Part shown: positions 1-8,754 of the stretch, one piece after another
How positions within the stretch are numbered: position 1 is the stretch's first letter
Layout: every line of letters starts with the position of its first letter
Assembly: GCF_001545095.1 (NCBI RefSeq)
Contig: NZ_CP013213.1
Span: 1,890,001-1,922,000 of the forward strand
DNA length: 32,000 nt
Direction: 5' to 3'
Origin: Erysipelothrix larvae
Lineage (GTDB): Bacteria > Bacillota_I > Bacilli_A > Erysipelotrichales > Erysipelotrichaceae
Notes under the pieces: generated by a model
The model's database searches: none
What the model was told of the DNA's origin: nothing
Seen by the model: the letters and a program-made list of their open reading frames with translations, nothing else
Position numbers and translations under genes: made by a program

Positions 1-1
1 C

Positions 2-1993
2 ACAACTGCAAACTACGAAATTGGTTCAACAATATTAGATGAAAACCTACCAATCCTTGAAGATACTTCTCGTTATACTTTCAAAGGATGGGATTCTAAG
101 ATCGAGAACATTTCCAGCAATCTTGAGATATACCCGATCTTTGATACAAAGACACCTGAAGAAATATTGATTAAGTTCTACGATCATCAACAAAAAGTAG
201 CCTATGTGGAAAAGGTCCCTTTTGGATCCACAATCGACCCCAAACGCCTTGAAAAAGCATACACACTTGAAGATTATGATTTTTATGAGTTTATGGGATG
301 GAGCTGGACAACAACAGATACCACCGATGATATTCTTGTATACCCAGAATATATACGTCCATCCCACACACTCACCTTCTATGATTATCACAATAACTAC
401 ACATCCCAGATTGACCTCTATAAAGGTGAAACCTTGGATGAAATCATCTTACCAACCCTTAAGGACACATCCCGTTATACCTTCAAAGGATGGGACATTA
501 AAACAAATGACATCACTGAAGACATGGATATCTACCCATTATATGAAGAAAAAACACCAACAACCATTCAGATAAAACTCTTTGATTACTATGGGAAGGA
601 AATACAACGTTTCGAAGTTCCTGTGAACTCAGAGGTTGACTTTGAAACACTTGTAGAACCTTATACACTCAATGATATCGGTAACCTGATGTTTACCGGT
701 TGGAATTTACTTTTCTTTGATACCCATGATGACGTTAATATTTGGCCAAACTACGCCGAAGAATATGTCCACATCTCTTTTGAAGATTACCGTGGTAAGG
801 AGTTCCACACTATCTTAATTTTTAAAGGAGACTCAATAGAACCGCACTTGTTACCAACTTTAGACTCAGATTCACGGTACACCTTCCATGGTTGGATTGG
901 TGACTTCAACCAAATTATGTCAAACTTTAGGGCAAAACCCGACTTCACTGAAGTGTTACCTGAAACCATCACCGTTACTCTACGTGACCTTTACCAAAAT
1001 AAAAGCATCACTACAAAAGTTCCATATGGTTCAACCATAACTCTCGAAGATATCTATGCGCTATATAAACCCGCACCCGCAATTAAAGGATTTGGTAAGA
1101 TTTATCCTTTTGTGGGATGGGATGGGGATTTTACGGATACACACTATGATATTGATCTCTATACTGATTATGGACATCGTGGTGATGTAGAAGGGTTTGA
1201 AATCATCGAGTCTGAAGACTTTGAACCCATCATACCAAAACCGGTTCGACCTGAAATCCCAACACCACCAAAACCGGTTCAACCTGAAATACCAACACCA
1301 CCAAAACCAGTACAGCCTGAAATACCAGTACACCCAAAACCTGTAACCCCAATCAACCCACAACCTGATAAGAAACCACATACTGAAACAGACCCAGTAA
1401 TAAAACAGGCGTTGATTACAGGGAATGCAGCTGCATATCTTAAGAAAACGCCACGTGTTGCGTATCTTGAATCTGTATTTGAAAAACCACTGGATACCAT
1501 TAATATCAGCATACCAACACTGACACACGATATACTTGATGCATACATTGCATCAATCAAAAAAACACTTACAAACCAAACAATATCCAATGTCTTTGTG
1601 GTTTCTATCACACCACAAGACATAGACCAAACTAACATCACTTCAGTCGATGGCGTGGTCAGCATTACCCTAAACATACCCGATTCAATTGATCCATCCA
1701 AGACAATCGCTGTATATCATGTGAACCATGATACAACCATGACACAGCTTAAGAGTACACTCAATCAAGATGGTACCCTAACCTTTGAAGCCACTGAGTT
1801 TAGTCACTTTGTGATTACAAATATCATTGAAACACAAAGTATACACACTCCAAGTACACAAACATCAAAGACACAATCACCATCTCAAACACTACCACGT
1901 TCTGGTGTTTCAACACACTATGGACACTATGTCAGTATCCTACTTGGATGTACATTGTTATTTGTTGAAAGTAAAAAAAGAACAAAACGTTAA
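2..1993 (+). CDS. Cell-wall-anchored surface protein, 5'-truncated by the window edge. Tandem Listeria-Bacteroides-type (Flg_new-like) repeats, Pro-rich spacer, C-terminal sorting signal
   Basis: The frame of the 167..1993 ORF stays open back to nt 2. The upstream residues (..LEDTSRYTFKGWDSKIENISSNLEIYPIFDTKTP..) repeat the same module, so the TTG at 167 is not the true start. There are at least six ~65-75 aa modules with the signature (RY)TF.GW / F.GW ... IYP.Y. These are followed by PKPV.PEIPTPP x3. The C-terminus is LPRSG + hydrophobic stretch (VSILLGCTLLFV) + KKRTKR, then a TAA stop. Confidence 0.8.
   Translation, partial: TTANYEIGSTILDENLPILEDTSRYTFKGWDSKIENISSNLEIYPIFDTKTPEEILIKFYDHQQKVAYVEKVPFGSTIDPKRLEKAYTLEDYDFYEFMGWSWTTTDTTDDILVYPEYIRPSHTLTFYDYHNNYTSQIDLYKGETLDEIILPTLKDTSRYTFKGWDIKTNDITEDMDIYPLYEEKTPTTIQIKLFDYYGKEIQRFEVPVNSEVDFETLVEPYTLNDIGNLMFTGWNLLFFDTHDDVNIWPNYAEEYVHISFEDYRGKEFHTILIFKGDSIEPHLLPTLDSDSRYTFHGWIGDFNQIMSNFRAKPDFTEVLPETITVTLRDLYQNKSITTKVPYGSTITLEDIYALYKPAPAIKGFGKIYPFVGWDGDFTDTHYDIDLYTDYGHRGDVEGFEIIESEDFEPIIPKPVRPEIPTPPKPVQPEIPTPPKPVQPEIPVHPKPVTPINPQPDKKPHTETDPVIKQALITGNAAAYLKKTPRVAYLESVFEKPLDTINISIPTLTHDILDAYIASIKKTLTNQTISNVFVVSITPQDIDQTNITSVDGVVSITLNIPDSIDPSKTIAVYHVNHDTTMTQLKSTLNQDGTLTFEATEFSHFVITNIIETQSIHTPSTQTSKTQSPSQTLPRSGVSTHYGHYVSILLGCTLLFVESKKRTKR
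1235..1366 (+). repeat. In-frame 33-bp tandem repeat (about 4 units, the first two near-identical) encoding PKPV(R/Q)PEIPTP
   Basis: Units are 1235-1267, 1268-1300, 1301-1333 and a degenerate 1334-1366. Units 1 and 2 differ at only a few bases (ccaaaaccggttcgacctgaaatcccaacacca vs ccaaaaccggttcaacctgaaataccaacacca). Confidence 0.85.
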
Positions 1994-2002
1994 TGCTTAT
2001 AT

Positions 2003-2050
2003 AAGCCTTGTGAATAAAGGTGGATACCCCTTTATATCACTTGGCTTTTA
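2003..2050 (+). terminator. Putative intrinsic terminator of the surface-protein gene
   Basis: Long imperfect hairpin. The outer arms are aagccttgtga (2003-2013) and tcacttggctt (2037-2047). The inner arms are ataaagg / cctttat. It is followed by TTTTATTAT and starts 10 nt after the TAA stop. Confidence 0.5.
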
Positions 2051-2092
2051 TTATGTGCTGTATTATTCAACATAATCACGTGCACATAAAAT

Positions 2093-2148
2093 AACTGCAA
2101 ATTAATCCGTTATCATTTGTATGATTAATGGATTAACTTGCAGTTTTT
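2093..2148. terminator. Putative bidirectional terminator between the convergent surface-protein gene and locus A
   Basis: 16-bp arms aactgcaaattaatcc (2093-2108) and ggattaacttgcagtt (2130-2145) with one mismatch. T-runs lie on both strands: TTTT after the stem on +, ATTTTAT after the stem on -. Confidence 0.55.
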
Positions 2149-2407
2149 CGTATATTGTATTTGTACTGAATGACCCTACTACTTAATCAGTATCGAGTTC
2201 TTTGAATATTATATATACTTCAGAACCTATTAATTTCTCGTAGCATAACGCAATCACATTTGAGCATGGTATACCTTTTGAAACGACACTAAGCTCATTT
2301 TAGTAATGATAAGTATAGACTCATCATAGATTTCACATAGGTTTTGCGTACTTAAGAGCCTGATCATAAGTGGTGTTATCTCATCAAAGTTATCATTAAC
2401 ATCTGGG

Positions 2408-3547
2408 CTAAATAGAATGCTTGTTGTCACATACTGAAGAAGCCTTAACAATTAATTCTTTGCAGATAATGTCTGCAATTTTTTTACATGCAAAGCCATC
2501 ACCATATGGATTACTTGCATGACTCATCTTATCATACGCTTCGTCGTCTTCTAATAAGCTAATACATGTTTTATAAATGACCTCTTCATCTGTACCAACT
2601 AACTTTAAGGTCCCTGCTTCGATACCTTCTGGTCTTTCTGTTGTATCTCTCATTACTAGAACAGGGATTCCTAAACTTGGTGCTTCTTCTTGAATTCCCC
2701 CACTGTCAGTTAAAATTAGATATGCCCGAGACAAAAAATTATGGAAATCTAGAACTTCTAGAGGTTCAATAATACGAATTCGATCTGTATTTCCAAATAT
2801 TTCATCCGCTAATTCCCTTACAATTGGATTCATGTGAATTGGATAAATTGCCTTAATATCTTTCTTATCATCTATAATGCGTTTAATCGCATTAAACATA
2901 CTTCTCATAGGAGCACCAAGATTTTCTCTTCTATGAGCAGTGATAAGAATCAATTTACTATCTGATGCCCACTTTAAGTGTTCATGAGTGTAATCTTTTC
3001 GAACAGTCGTCTTAAGTGCATCGATTGAGGTATTTCCTGTTACATATACAGTGTCTGGGTTCTTGCCTTCCTTCAGAAGATTTTCTTTTGAGATCTCAGT
3101 AGGAGCAAAGTTATAATTTGATACAATTCCAACCGCTTGCCGATTAAACTCTTCTGGATATGGACTACAAATATTATAAGTTCTTAATCCAGCTTCTACA
3201 TGACCCACAGGAATTTGAAGATAAAAACATGCCAATGATGTCACAAACGTTGTAGTTGTATCACCATGAACTAAAACTAAATCTGGTTTTACCTCTTCAA
3301 GAACTGCCTTCATTTTCTCAAGAATACTGATTGTTACCTCAAAAAGAGTCTGTCTGTCTTTCATTATCGATAAATCATAGTCCGCCACTACATTGAAGGC
3401 GGATAATACTTGATCCAACATCTCTCTATGTTGACCCGTAACACAAACAACAGTATTCAGTGTGTCTCGTGTCTTTAACTCCTTAACTAATGGGCACATT
3501 TTTATTGCTTCAGGTCTGGTGCCAAAGACCACCATTATTGTATTCAT
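2408..3547 (-). CDS. wecB: UDP-N-acetylglucosamine 2-epimerase (non-hydrolysing), locus A copy
   Basis: N-terminus MVVFGTRPEAIKMCPL; motifs VTGQHREMLDQVL, HVEAGLRT, PEE.NR, TDSGGIQEEAPSLG.PVLVMRDTTERPE. It starts 17 nt after the wecC stop. It is a paralog of 23255..24355. Confidence 0.92.
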   Translation of the reverse strand: MNTIMVVFGTRPEAIKMCPLVKELKTRDTLNTVVCVTGQHREMLDQVLSAFNVVADYDLSIMKDRQTLFEVTISILEKMKAVLEEVKPDLVLVHGDTTTTFVTSLACFYLQIPVGHVEAGLRTYNICSPYPEEFNRQAVGIVSNYNFAPTEISKENLLKEGKNPDTVYVTGNTSIDALKTTVRKDYTHEHLKWASDSKLILITAHRRENLGAPMRSMFNAIKRIIDDKKDIKAIYPIHMNPIVRELADEIFGNTDRIRIIEPLEVLDFHNFLSRAYLILTDSGGIQEEAPSLGIPVLVMRDTTERPEGIEAGTLKLVGTDEEVIYKTCISLLEDDEAYDKMSHASNPYGDGFACKKIADIICKELIVKASSVCDNKHSI

Positions 3548-3564
3548 CTTGCTTAAATCCTGTC

Positions 3565-4785
3565 TTATAGTTTGTAAACTCTATCAAAGTCACATATATT
3601 TTTAGTATCAAGAATTATTTTACCCCGCACCATTTCCAGATTATCTTTAATGTGATCATGTGCGGTTATTATAATCAGAATCTCGATTTCATTTAAGAAC
3701 GTTTCGAAATTCATAAACTGATTATCCACTATTTTTTCATTAATATACGGATCAAACACTTTTGCACCAAATGCTAAATGGGCATCCATAATATTCAGAA
3801 GTTGAATAGTTGGGCTATCTCGTATATCGTCAACATTTTCTTTATAGGTTAATCCGTAAATACCGACCTTAGAGGTATCTGTAATATTATTTTCCCTCAT
3901 GATGTCTCTGGTCCTTCGGAGGACGTACGAAGGCATAGAATCGTTAATATCTCTTGCTGTATGGATTAGATGAGTAAGTTCTGGATAATCCCCTACTAAA
4001 AACCATGGATCTACTGATATACAATGACCTCCAACTCCAGGCCCAGGTTGCAAGATGTTTACTCTTGGGTGCATATTAGCAATACGGATGATTTCATAAA
4101 CATTCATATTGTCTACTCTACAAATTTTTACGAGCTCATTTGCGAACGCAATATTTACATCTCTGTATGTATTTTCAATAACTTTTGACATTTCTGCAGA
4201 TCTTATATCAGTAATTACTATCTCTGATTTGCAAAAGCTTGAATATAATTTTTTTACTATTTCACCAATCTTATGATTGTCTATTCCGACCGTTCTTGAA
4301 TTATGTTCAAGTTCGTAAATCATATTTCCTGGGATAATCCTTTCAGGTGCATGAGCGATGTGAATATCTTTACCTATACACATCCCTCTTTTTTCAATTT
4401 CTGGTCTGACATATCTATCAATTGACCCTGGAGAAATTGTTGATTCAATTATCAAAATAGATCCTTCTACACAAACATCCAGAACTGAATTCACAGCTGC
4501 TATTACATATTGTGAATCAAGTTTCTTACTTGATTTAATATAAGGTGTAGGAACTGCGATAATATATGTGTCAGTCCTCTGATATTCTGTTGTGAATATA
4601 ATACCCTTATCCTTCGCTTCATTAAATAGTTCATTCAATCCCATTTCTTCAAATGTAAGATCCCCTCTAGAAAGAGATTCTACCAATTTTACATTTAGAT
4701 CTGTTCCAATAACTTCAATGCCACTTTTAGCAAACATTAGAGCTGTTGGAAGCCCTATGTAACCCAATCCAATTACGTTAATCAT
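3565..4785 (-). CDS. wecC: UDP-N-acetyl-D-mannosamine 6-dehydrogenase (nucleotide-sugar dehydrogenase family), locus A copy
   Basis: N-terminal Rossmann motif MINVIGLGYIGLPTALMFA. It has the GGHCISVDPWF catalytic-Cys motif and sits directly upstream of the 2-epimerase. RBS AAGGATGGGA lies upstream of the ATG. Confidence 0.88.
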   Translation of the reverse strand: MINVIGLGYIGLPTALMFAKSGIEVIGTDLNVKLVESLSRGDLTFEEMGLNELFNEAKDKGIIFTTEYQRTDTYIIAVPTPYIKSSKKLDSQYVIAAVNSVLDVCVEGSILIIESTISPGSIDRYVRPEIEKRGMCIGKDIHIAHAPERIIPGNMIYELEHNSRTVGIDNHKIGEIVKKLYSSFCKSEIVITDIRSAEMSKVIENTYRDVNIAFANELVKICRVDNMNVYEIIRIANMHPRVNILQPGPGVGGHCISVDPWFLVGDYPELTHLIHTARDINDSMPSYVLRRTRDIMRENNITDTSKVGIYGLTYKENVDDIRDSPTIQLLNIMDAHLAFGAKVFDPYINEKIVDNQFMNFETFLNEIEILIIITAHDHIKDNLEMVRGKIILDTKNICDFDRVYKL

Positions 4786-5015
4786 ATCGTTCCCATCCTT
4801 CTTATTGAACGATTAATTGTTTCGTTCAAGCAATCTAAGCAATATATTTATAATAATTTGATGTATGTCACCGATTCATACATTCCACATAATCAATTCA
4901 CTCAAACATCTATAGTCGGTTATATGTGAAGTCAAAACGAAAAGTAAGACTTACAATCTACATCTAATCCTTGAGGATATTATCTTTACTTTGTTGTTTG
5001 ATTTATGCGCTCATT

Positions 5016-6269
5016 TTAGTTTATAAATGAAATTTCTTTTGTGAATATTCCTTTATTAATGAAACCCATAATCGTGATGAATTGAAATGACAGTGGTACT
5101 TCAGTAAACAGTGCGAATAATAGTATCAACAGAACTAAATACCTATAAAAGTTGCGAGTCCTACGATACAGCAGTAAAATGAAACTGATATAAAACAAGA
5201 AACCAACAACTCCTGAACCCACTAGGATATAACCAATAGTATTCGTCCATGCTCTATTATTTGATAATTCATAGGCAGTCGCTAATGATGAATTCATCAC
5301 ATAGTTACTATAGTTCGCATATCCAACTCCAATAAATCTATTTAAAACAGGAAGCGTACTAAATACATAGAATGGGCGAAATATCCTGATATTTCCACTT
5401 GATACATCGGATGTACTTAAAATCCGATCTAATCCTCCGTTAATGATTTCGTTTTTTGTAATATAAACTACAAATAGAATACCTAAACTTAATAAAGCGC
5501 CTTTTGAAAATAGACTTTTGATATTTTTACGTTCGCTATTTATAAAATATAATCCAATAACAAACACGATCATTGCAAAACCAGTTCCTGATCCATTAAG
5601 CAACAGAGATAAAATATAAATTAGCGAAACAATTGTTTTCACAACATTGTTAGGTTTAAATTTATCTGACTTGTAAAACAAGATAACAAGCAGTGCAATT
5701 GACACATACTGACTGAAATGAGCTGGCTCCGAGAATAAGCCAGAGAATCTATACCCAAATTCGCTAAATAAATAATTACTGTTCTCAACAAGGCTTCTGC
5801 CATATTTTAATGGAAGAAAACTAAAATGCCATGGTAAAATTAACCCCAGTAAATTATATGCTAAGTACTGAATGAACCCATACAATGAATTAATGAGAGC
5901 AATGACAATCAATGTTTTAGCAGCATAATCTATATTAAACTTCTTATATCCAATGCTAACAATGATTAGTGTATAAAAAATATGTCTGATAAAAGCGAAA
6001 GTTGAGACTGATAAATTCAAATCGGAGTCTACGAAATAAATGAAGAGCGTTAATATCAAAACGACACAATAATATCGGAAATAAGTATTTAAGTTCAATA
6101 TAGTAAGTGGTTTGCACCTCATAAAATAATAAAACAATAACGGAAAGATTAGTAATTCTGGAAGCAGTATCACACTTGAAATACTAGAGTATTGCGTGAA
6201 CATTGGACCAACAATTATAATGAATGTTACCAACCGATCAAATGTACTCATCTTTATTCTACTTATCAT
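5016..6269 (-). CDS. wzy: Repeat-unit polymerase, Wzy / O-antigen-ligase-like polytopic membrane protein (locus A)
   Basis: Hydrophobic throughout, with about 10 or more predicted TM segments. It has a loop motif GYRFSGLFSEPAHFSQY resembling the Wzy_C R..G.F.EP signature. RBS AAGGA lies 9 nt upstream of the ATG. Its start overlaps the upstream GT stop. Confidence 0.6.
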   Translation of the reverse strand: MISRIKMSTFDRLVTFIIIVGPMFTQYSSISSVILLPELLIFPLLFYYFMRCKPLTILNLNTYFRYYCVVLILTLFIYFVDSDLNLSVSTFAFIRHIFYTLIIVSIGYKKFNIDYAAKTLIVIALINSLYGFIQYLAYNLLGLILPWHFSFLPLKYGRSLVENSNYLFSEFGYRFSGLFSEPAHFSQYVSIALLVILFYKSDKFKPNNVVKTIVSLIYILSLLLNGSGTGFAMIVFVIGLYFINSERKNIKSLFSKGALLSLGILFVVYITKNEIINGGLDRILSTSDVSSGNIRIFRPFYVFSTLPVLNRFIGVGYANYSNYVMNSSLATAYELSNNRAWTNTIGYILVGSGVVGFLFYISFILLLYRRTRNFYRYLVLLILLFALFTEVPLSFQFITIMGFINKGIFTKEISFIN

Positions 6270-7494
6270 ATTTACTATCCTTTTTATTCTTCGCGTATTT
6301 CGTTATGAGTTGAATTTCCAAATCAATTCTTTGATCCCAATTTAGCATTTTTGTCTTGGAAGTTTCAATTGCTCTTTGCCTTATGGATTTACTTATTTCG
6401 GGGTTTAATAACAGCTTTTCGACTATGTCAACCACTTCTTCTTCATAATTAACAACAAAGCCATTTTCATCTTGTTTAATAAAATCATTTACAACACCAT
6501 CGTTTTTAACAATAACAACTGATCCTGCTGCCAACATCTCATGAAAAACATTGGTCAAATTACAGACATCATACAAACTAAGCGATGCAATCGATAACTT
6601 ACACATCATATAAATAGTTTTGGCATCAATGTGCCCCATATATGTCACATTACGATTAAGTCCAAGTTCTTCAACTAGATCCATTACATACTCAAAATAC
6701 CACGTGTTACCTTTCTCAGAAGGACCCGCTAGATATAAATGAATGTTATGGCCTCGATCAATTAGTTTTTTTAAAATTCTAACCGCCCTTTCTTGTCGCT
6801 TCCATTCATCAAACCTCGCAACATAGAAAAGAAATGGTTTAGATACTAACTTTCTCTTGAAATCAATAAGTTCTCCATTTGTAATACTGTAAGGTATATT
6901 CACACCATTTATCCAATATTGAAAATCAAATGGATGATTCCCTTTATTAATCGCATTAAATGTCAAGTCACCTCTTGATCCATCATTTGTTACTAACAAA
7001 AAGGATTTCTCAGTCTTAAATGAATTATACTCAATATAGTGCTTGATTTTAGTTTTGAATAACCCGTTTTTTTCAATGCTATTCCACAGAAAAGTTCCAT
7101 ATAACCTTTGCCCAAAGGGTATTCCAGATTTGTGAGCAGTGCTCCTAAAAATCTCTGTTGCTGATCCATGACCGTATACAAAATCATAATGCTCATCGTT
7201 CATTAATCTTTTTATGATTCTTCGGTTATTTATGATATTCATAGGTCTCAATATCATTTTATTCTCATAATAGAGACATTCTTTAATCATTTCTCTTTTT
7301 AACCAACTGGCCTTAATATTAAAATTAGGTAAGTTTTTAGTATTATGGAGTAGCACAATATCAACCTGATGACCACTTTCGATAAGTTTTCTCAAAGGTT
7401 TATTGAACGAAGGCAGACCATTAATTTCAGTTGCACCCTCAAATAAGCATTCCCAAAATCCATATAATGGTGGCGATATGTATAAAATTTTCAT
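6259..7494 (-). CDS. Glycosyltransferase, GT4/GT-B fold
   Basis: The C-terminal half carries a GT4-like E-X7-E region (..NVFHEMLAAGSVVIV..). I prefer the start at internal MKILYISPP (ATG 7494), because AAGGGG lies about 10 nt upstream. The ORF-track start at 7533 has no RBS. Confidence 0.7.
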   Translation of the reverse strand: MKILYISPPLYGFWECLFEGATEINGLPSFNKPLRKLIESGHQVDIVLLHNTKNLPNFNIKASWLKREMIKECLYYENKMILRPMNIINNRRIIKRLMNDEHYDFVYGHGSATEIFRSTAHKSGIPFGQRLYGTFLWNSIEKNGLFKTKIKHYIEYNSFKTEKSFLLVTNDGSRGDLTFNAINKGNHPFDFQYWINGVNIPYSITNGELIDFKRKLVSKPFLFYVARFDEWKRQERAVRILKKLIDRGHNIHLYLAGPSEKGNTWYFEYVMDLVEELGLNRNVTYMGHIDAKTIYMMCKLSIASLSLYDVCNLTNVFHEMLAAGSVVIVKNDGVVNDFIKQDENGFVVNYEEEVVDIVEKLLLNPEISKSIRQRAIETSKTKMLNWDQRIDLEIQLITKYAKNKKDSKYDK

Positions 7495-7641
7495 TGACTC
7501 AAAACCCCTTCTCTTTGTTTTCAAAACATCCATATCTTTTTATAGTCCAAAATAGGCTACTACATAAGGTTAGTGTTTCAAATGTTACCTTCCGGCAATT
7601 TACATTTTATTTTCGTTAAAATTTAATTCGCCTGAATTGAA

Positions 7642-8754
7642 CTACTGTTTTATTAATGATTCCTTTTCACAAAATAATAATTCCTGAAGAACGTCAATTC
7701 CATTATTGTACTCTTTAGTGATTCTTGATAATGCTTCATCACAATTCTTGGTAAATTCATCCCAATCAAGCTTTTGGTAATATTCAAAAATTTTATCTGA
7801 AAAGTTATTTTCTGAAGGATCCAACATTACACCAATCCCGCTTGACATTGCTTCTTCACCCATAAATGAGCCTTTATTACATAATTGCGGGATATAGAAA
7901 GTGAGACCATCATAAAATTTATTCCCCATTGCATACGTTGTTTTTGTGTCATTTTCGTACAAGTTATGAAGTATATCTGTTGTTGAAGCAAAGTCCACAC
8001 GATCAATTGGGATATATTCACCATGAAAATAGACATTATTTATTTCATTCGCTTGAACATACTGTCTTAGAAGGCGTCCTGGCTCTTGTTCCCGTCCATG
8101 GTAATGCAATTCAAATCTTGAGTCATTTGCTAGATTATCTATTATTTTCATGTTAATCTCAACATGTCTTATTAATCCCCAGAATCTGATTCGTAGAGGT
8201 ACATTATTTCTCGGTAATGTTTTTCGACAATTTCTGTCTGCATAGGAATGCAGAAGTAAATTATGAGAAACATGGATTTTATCAGAATCAGGAAGATATT
8301 TCTGAAAACCTCTGGAACTTACAAATGTCAACCTTGAGTGGTTAATTAGTTGATGAACAATTTTCTTGTATACGCCAATATTTTCATAAGTAAAATCTCG
8401 ATAGTCTAAGATATATTTCTCGTTGAATTTCCTATTCAGAATATCTGACAATAATACTGCAGGTGTTGAATGTAACACGATAATTAAATCAAAATCCCCT
8501 TTTGTGATTACCTTTTTTGCAAACCTTCTAAAGCTAATGAAATTTGGAATCTTCTTTATCATAGAATCGCTATCTGACATACTTTTCTTGAAGCAATACA
8601 GTTGATTTACAATGGGTGCCTCTATATCAGGCTTTAAATCTCTATCCCAGTAAAGTAAACTCGTATTGCTATTCATTTTTTTTAATTGTTCAGTGTAAAA
8701 ATTCATATAGGGCATATAAGCTAGTTTTGTAAAACCAATAACGAGTACCTTCAT
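7642..8754 (-). CDS. Putative glycosyltransferase / capsular biosynthesis protein, family not recognised
   Basis: Rossmann-like N-terminus MKVLVIGF. It sits between two GT4 genes. Strong RBS GGAGGTG lies 5 nt upstream, and ATGA overlaps the upstream stop. I could not see a canonical E-X7-E motif. Confidence 0.45.
   Translation of the reverse strand: MKVLVIGFTKLAYMPYMNFYTEQLKKMNSNTSLLYWDRDLKPDIEAPIVNQLYCFKKSMSDSDSMIKKIPNFISFRRFAKKVITKGDFDLIIVLHSTPAVLLSDILNRKFNEKYILDYRDFTYENIGVYKKIVHQLINHSRLTFVSSRGFQKYLPDSDKIHVSHNLLLHSYADRNCRKTLPRNNVPLRIRFWGLIRHVEINMKIIDNLANDSRFELHYHGREQEPGRLLRQYVQANEINNVYFHGEYIPIDRVDFASTTDILHNLYENDTKTTYAMGNKFYDGLTFYIPQLCNKGSFMGEEAMSSGIGVMLDPSENNFSDKIFEYYQKLDWDEFTKNCDEALSRITKEYNNGIDVLQELLFCEKESLIKQ

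Noticed and set aside
167-169. The TTG at 167 as the start of the surface-protein gene, as given in the ORF track.
   Set aside because: The frame is open to nt 2. The upstream translation continues the same repeat module (..SRYTFKGWDSKIENISSNLEIYPIF..). The gene is simply truncated by the window edge.
1235-1366. Regularly spaced 33-bp repeats that superficially resemble a CRISPR array.
   Set aside because: The units are contiguous with no spacers, in frame, and encode a Pro-rich peptide repeat inside a CDS. I saw no CRISPR array or cas genes anywhere in the window.
47-1701. Antisense or alternate-frame ORFs inside the surface-protein gene: 47..391, 204..575, 787..972, 1061..1528 and 1279..1701.
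   Set aside because: They are shadow ORFs of a strongly supported, repeat-rich CDS. Their odd composition (W/F/C-rich translations of the Pro-rich repeat) is typical of the wrong frame.
2254-2451. 65-aa minus-strand ORF just downstream of, and overlapping, the wecB-A stop. It could be a small gene or a gene fragment.
   Set aside because: It overlaps the wecB 3' end out of frame, has no RBS and has no recognisable motif. It may be a relic, but I cannot support a call.
4805-4829. Hairpin (ttgaacga-N9-tcgttcaa) 5 nt from the wecC-A RBS, in the 230-bp wzy/wecC gap. It could be an attenuator or a terminator.
   Set aside because: The stem is 8 bp and AT-rich, and no U-run follows it on the coding strand. 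The equivalent junction in locus B has no counterpart. It could still affect mRNA stability or RBS access, but the evidence is too weak for a call.
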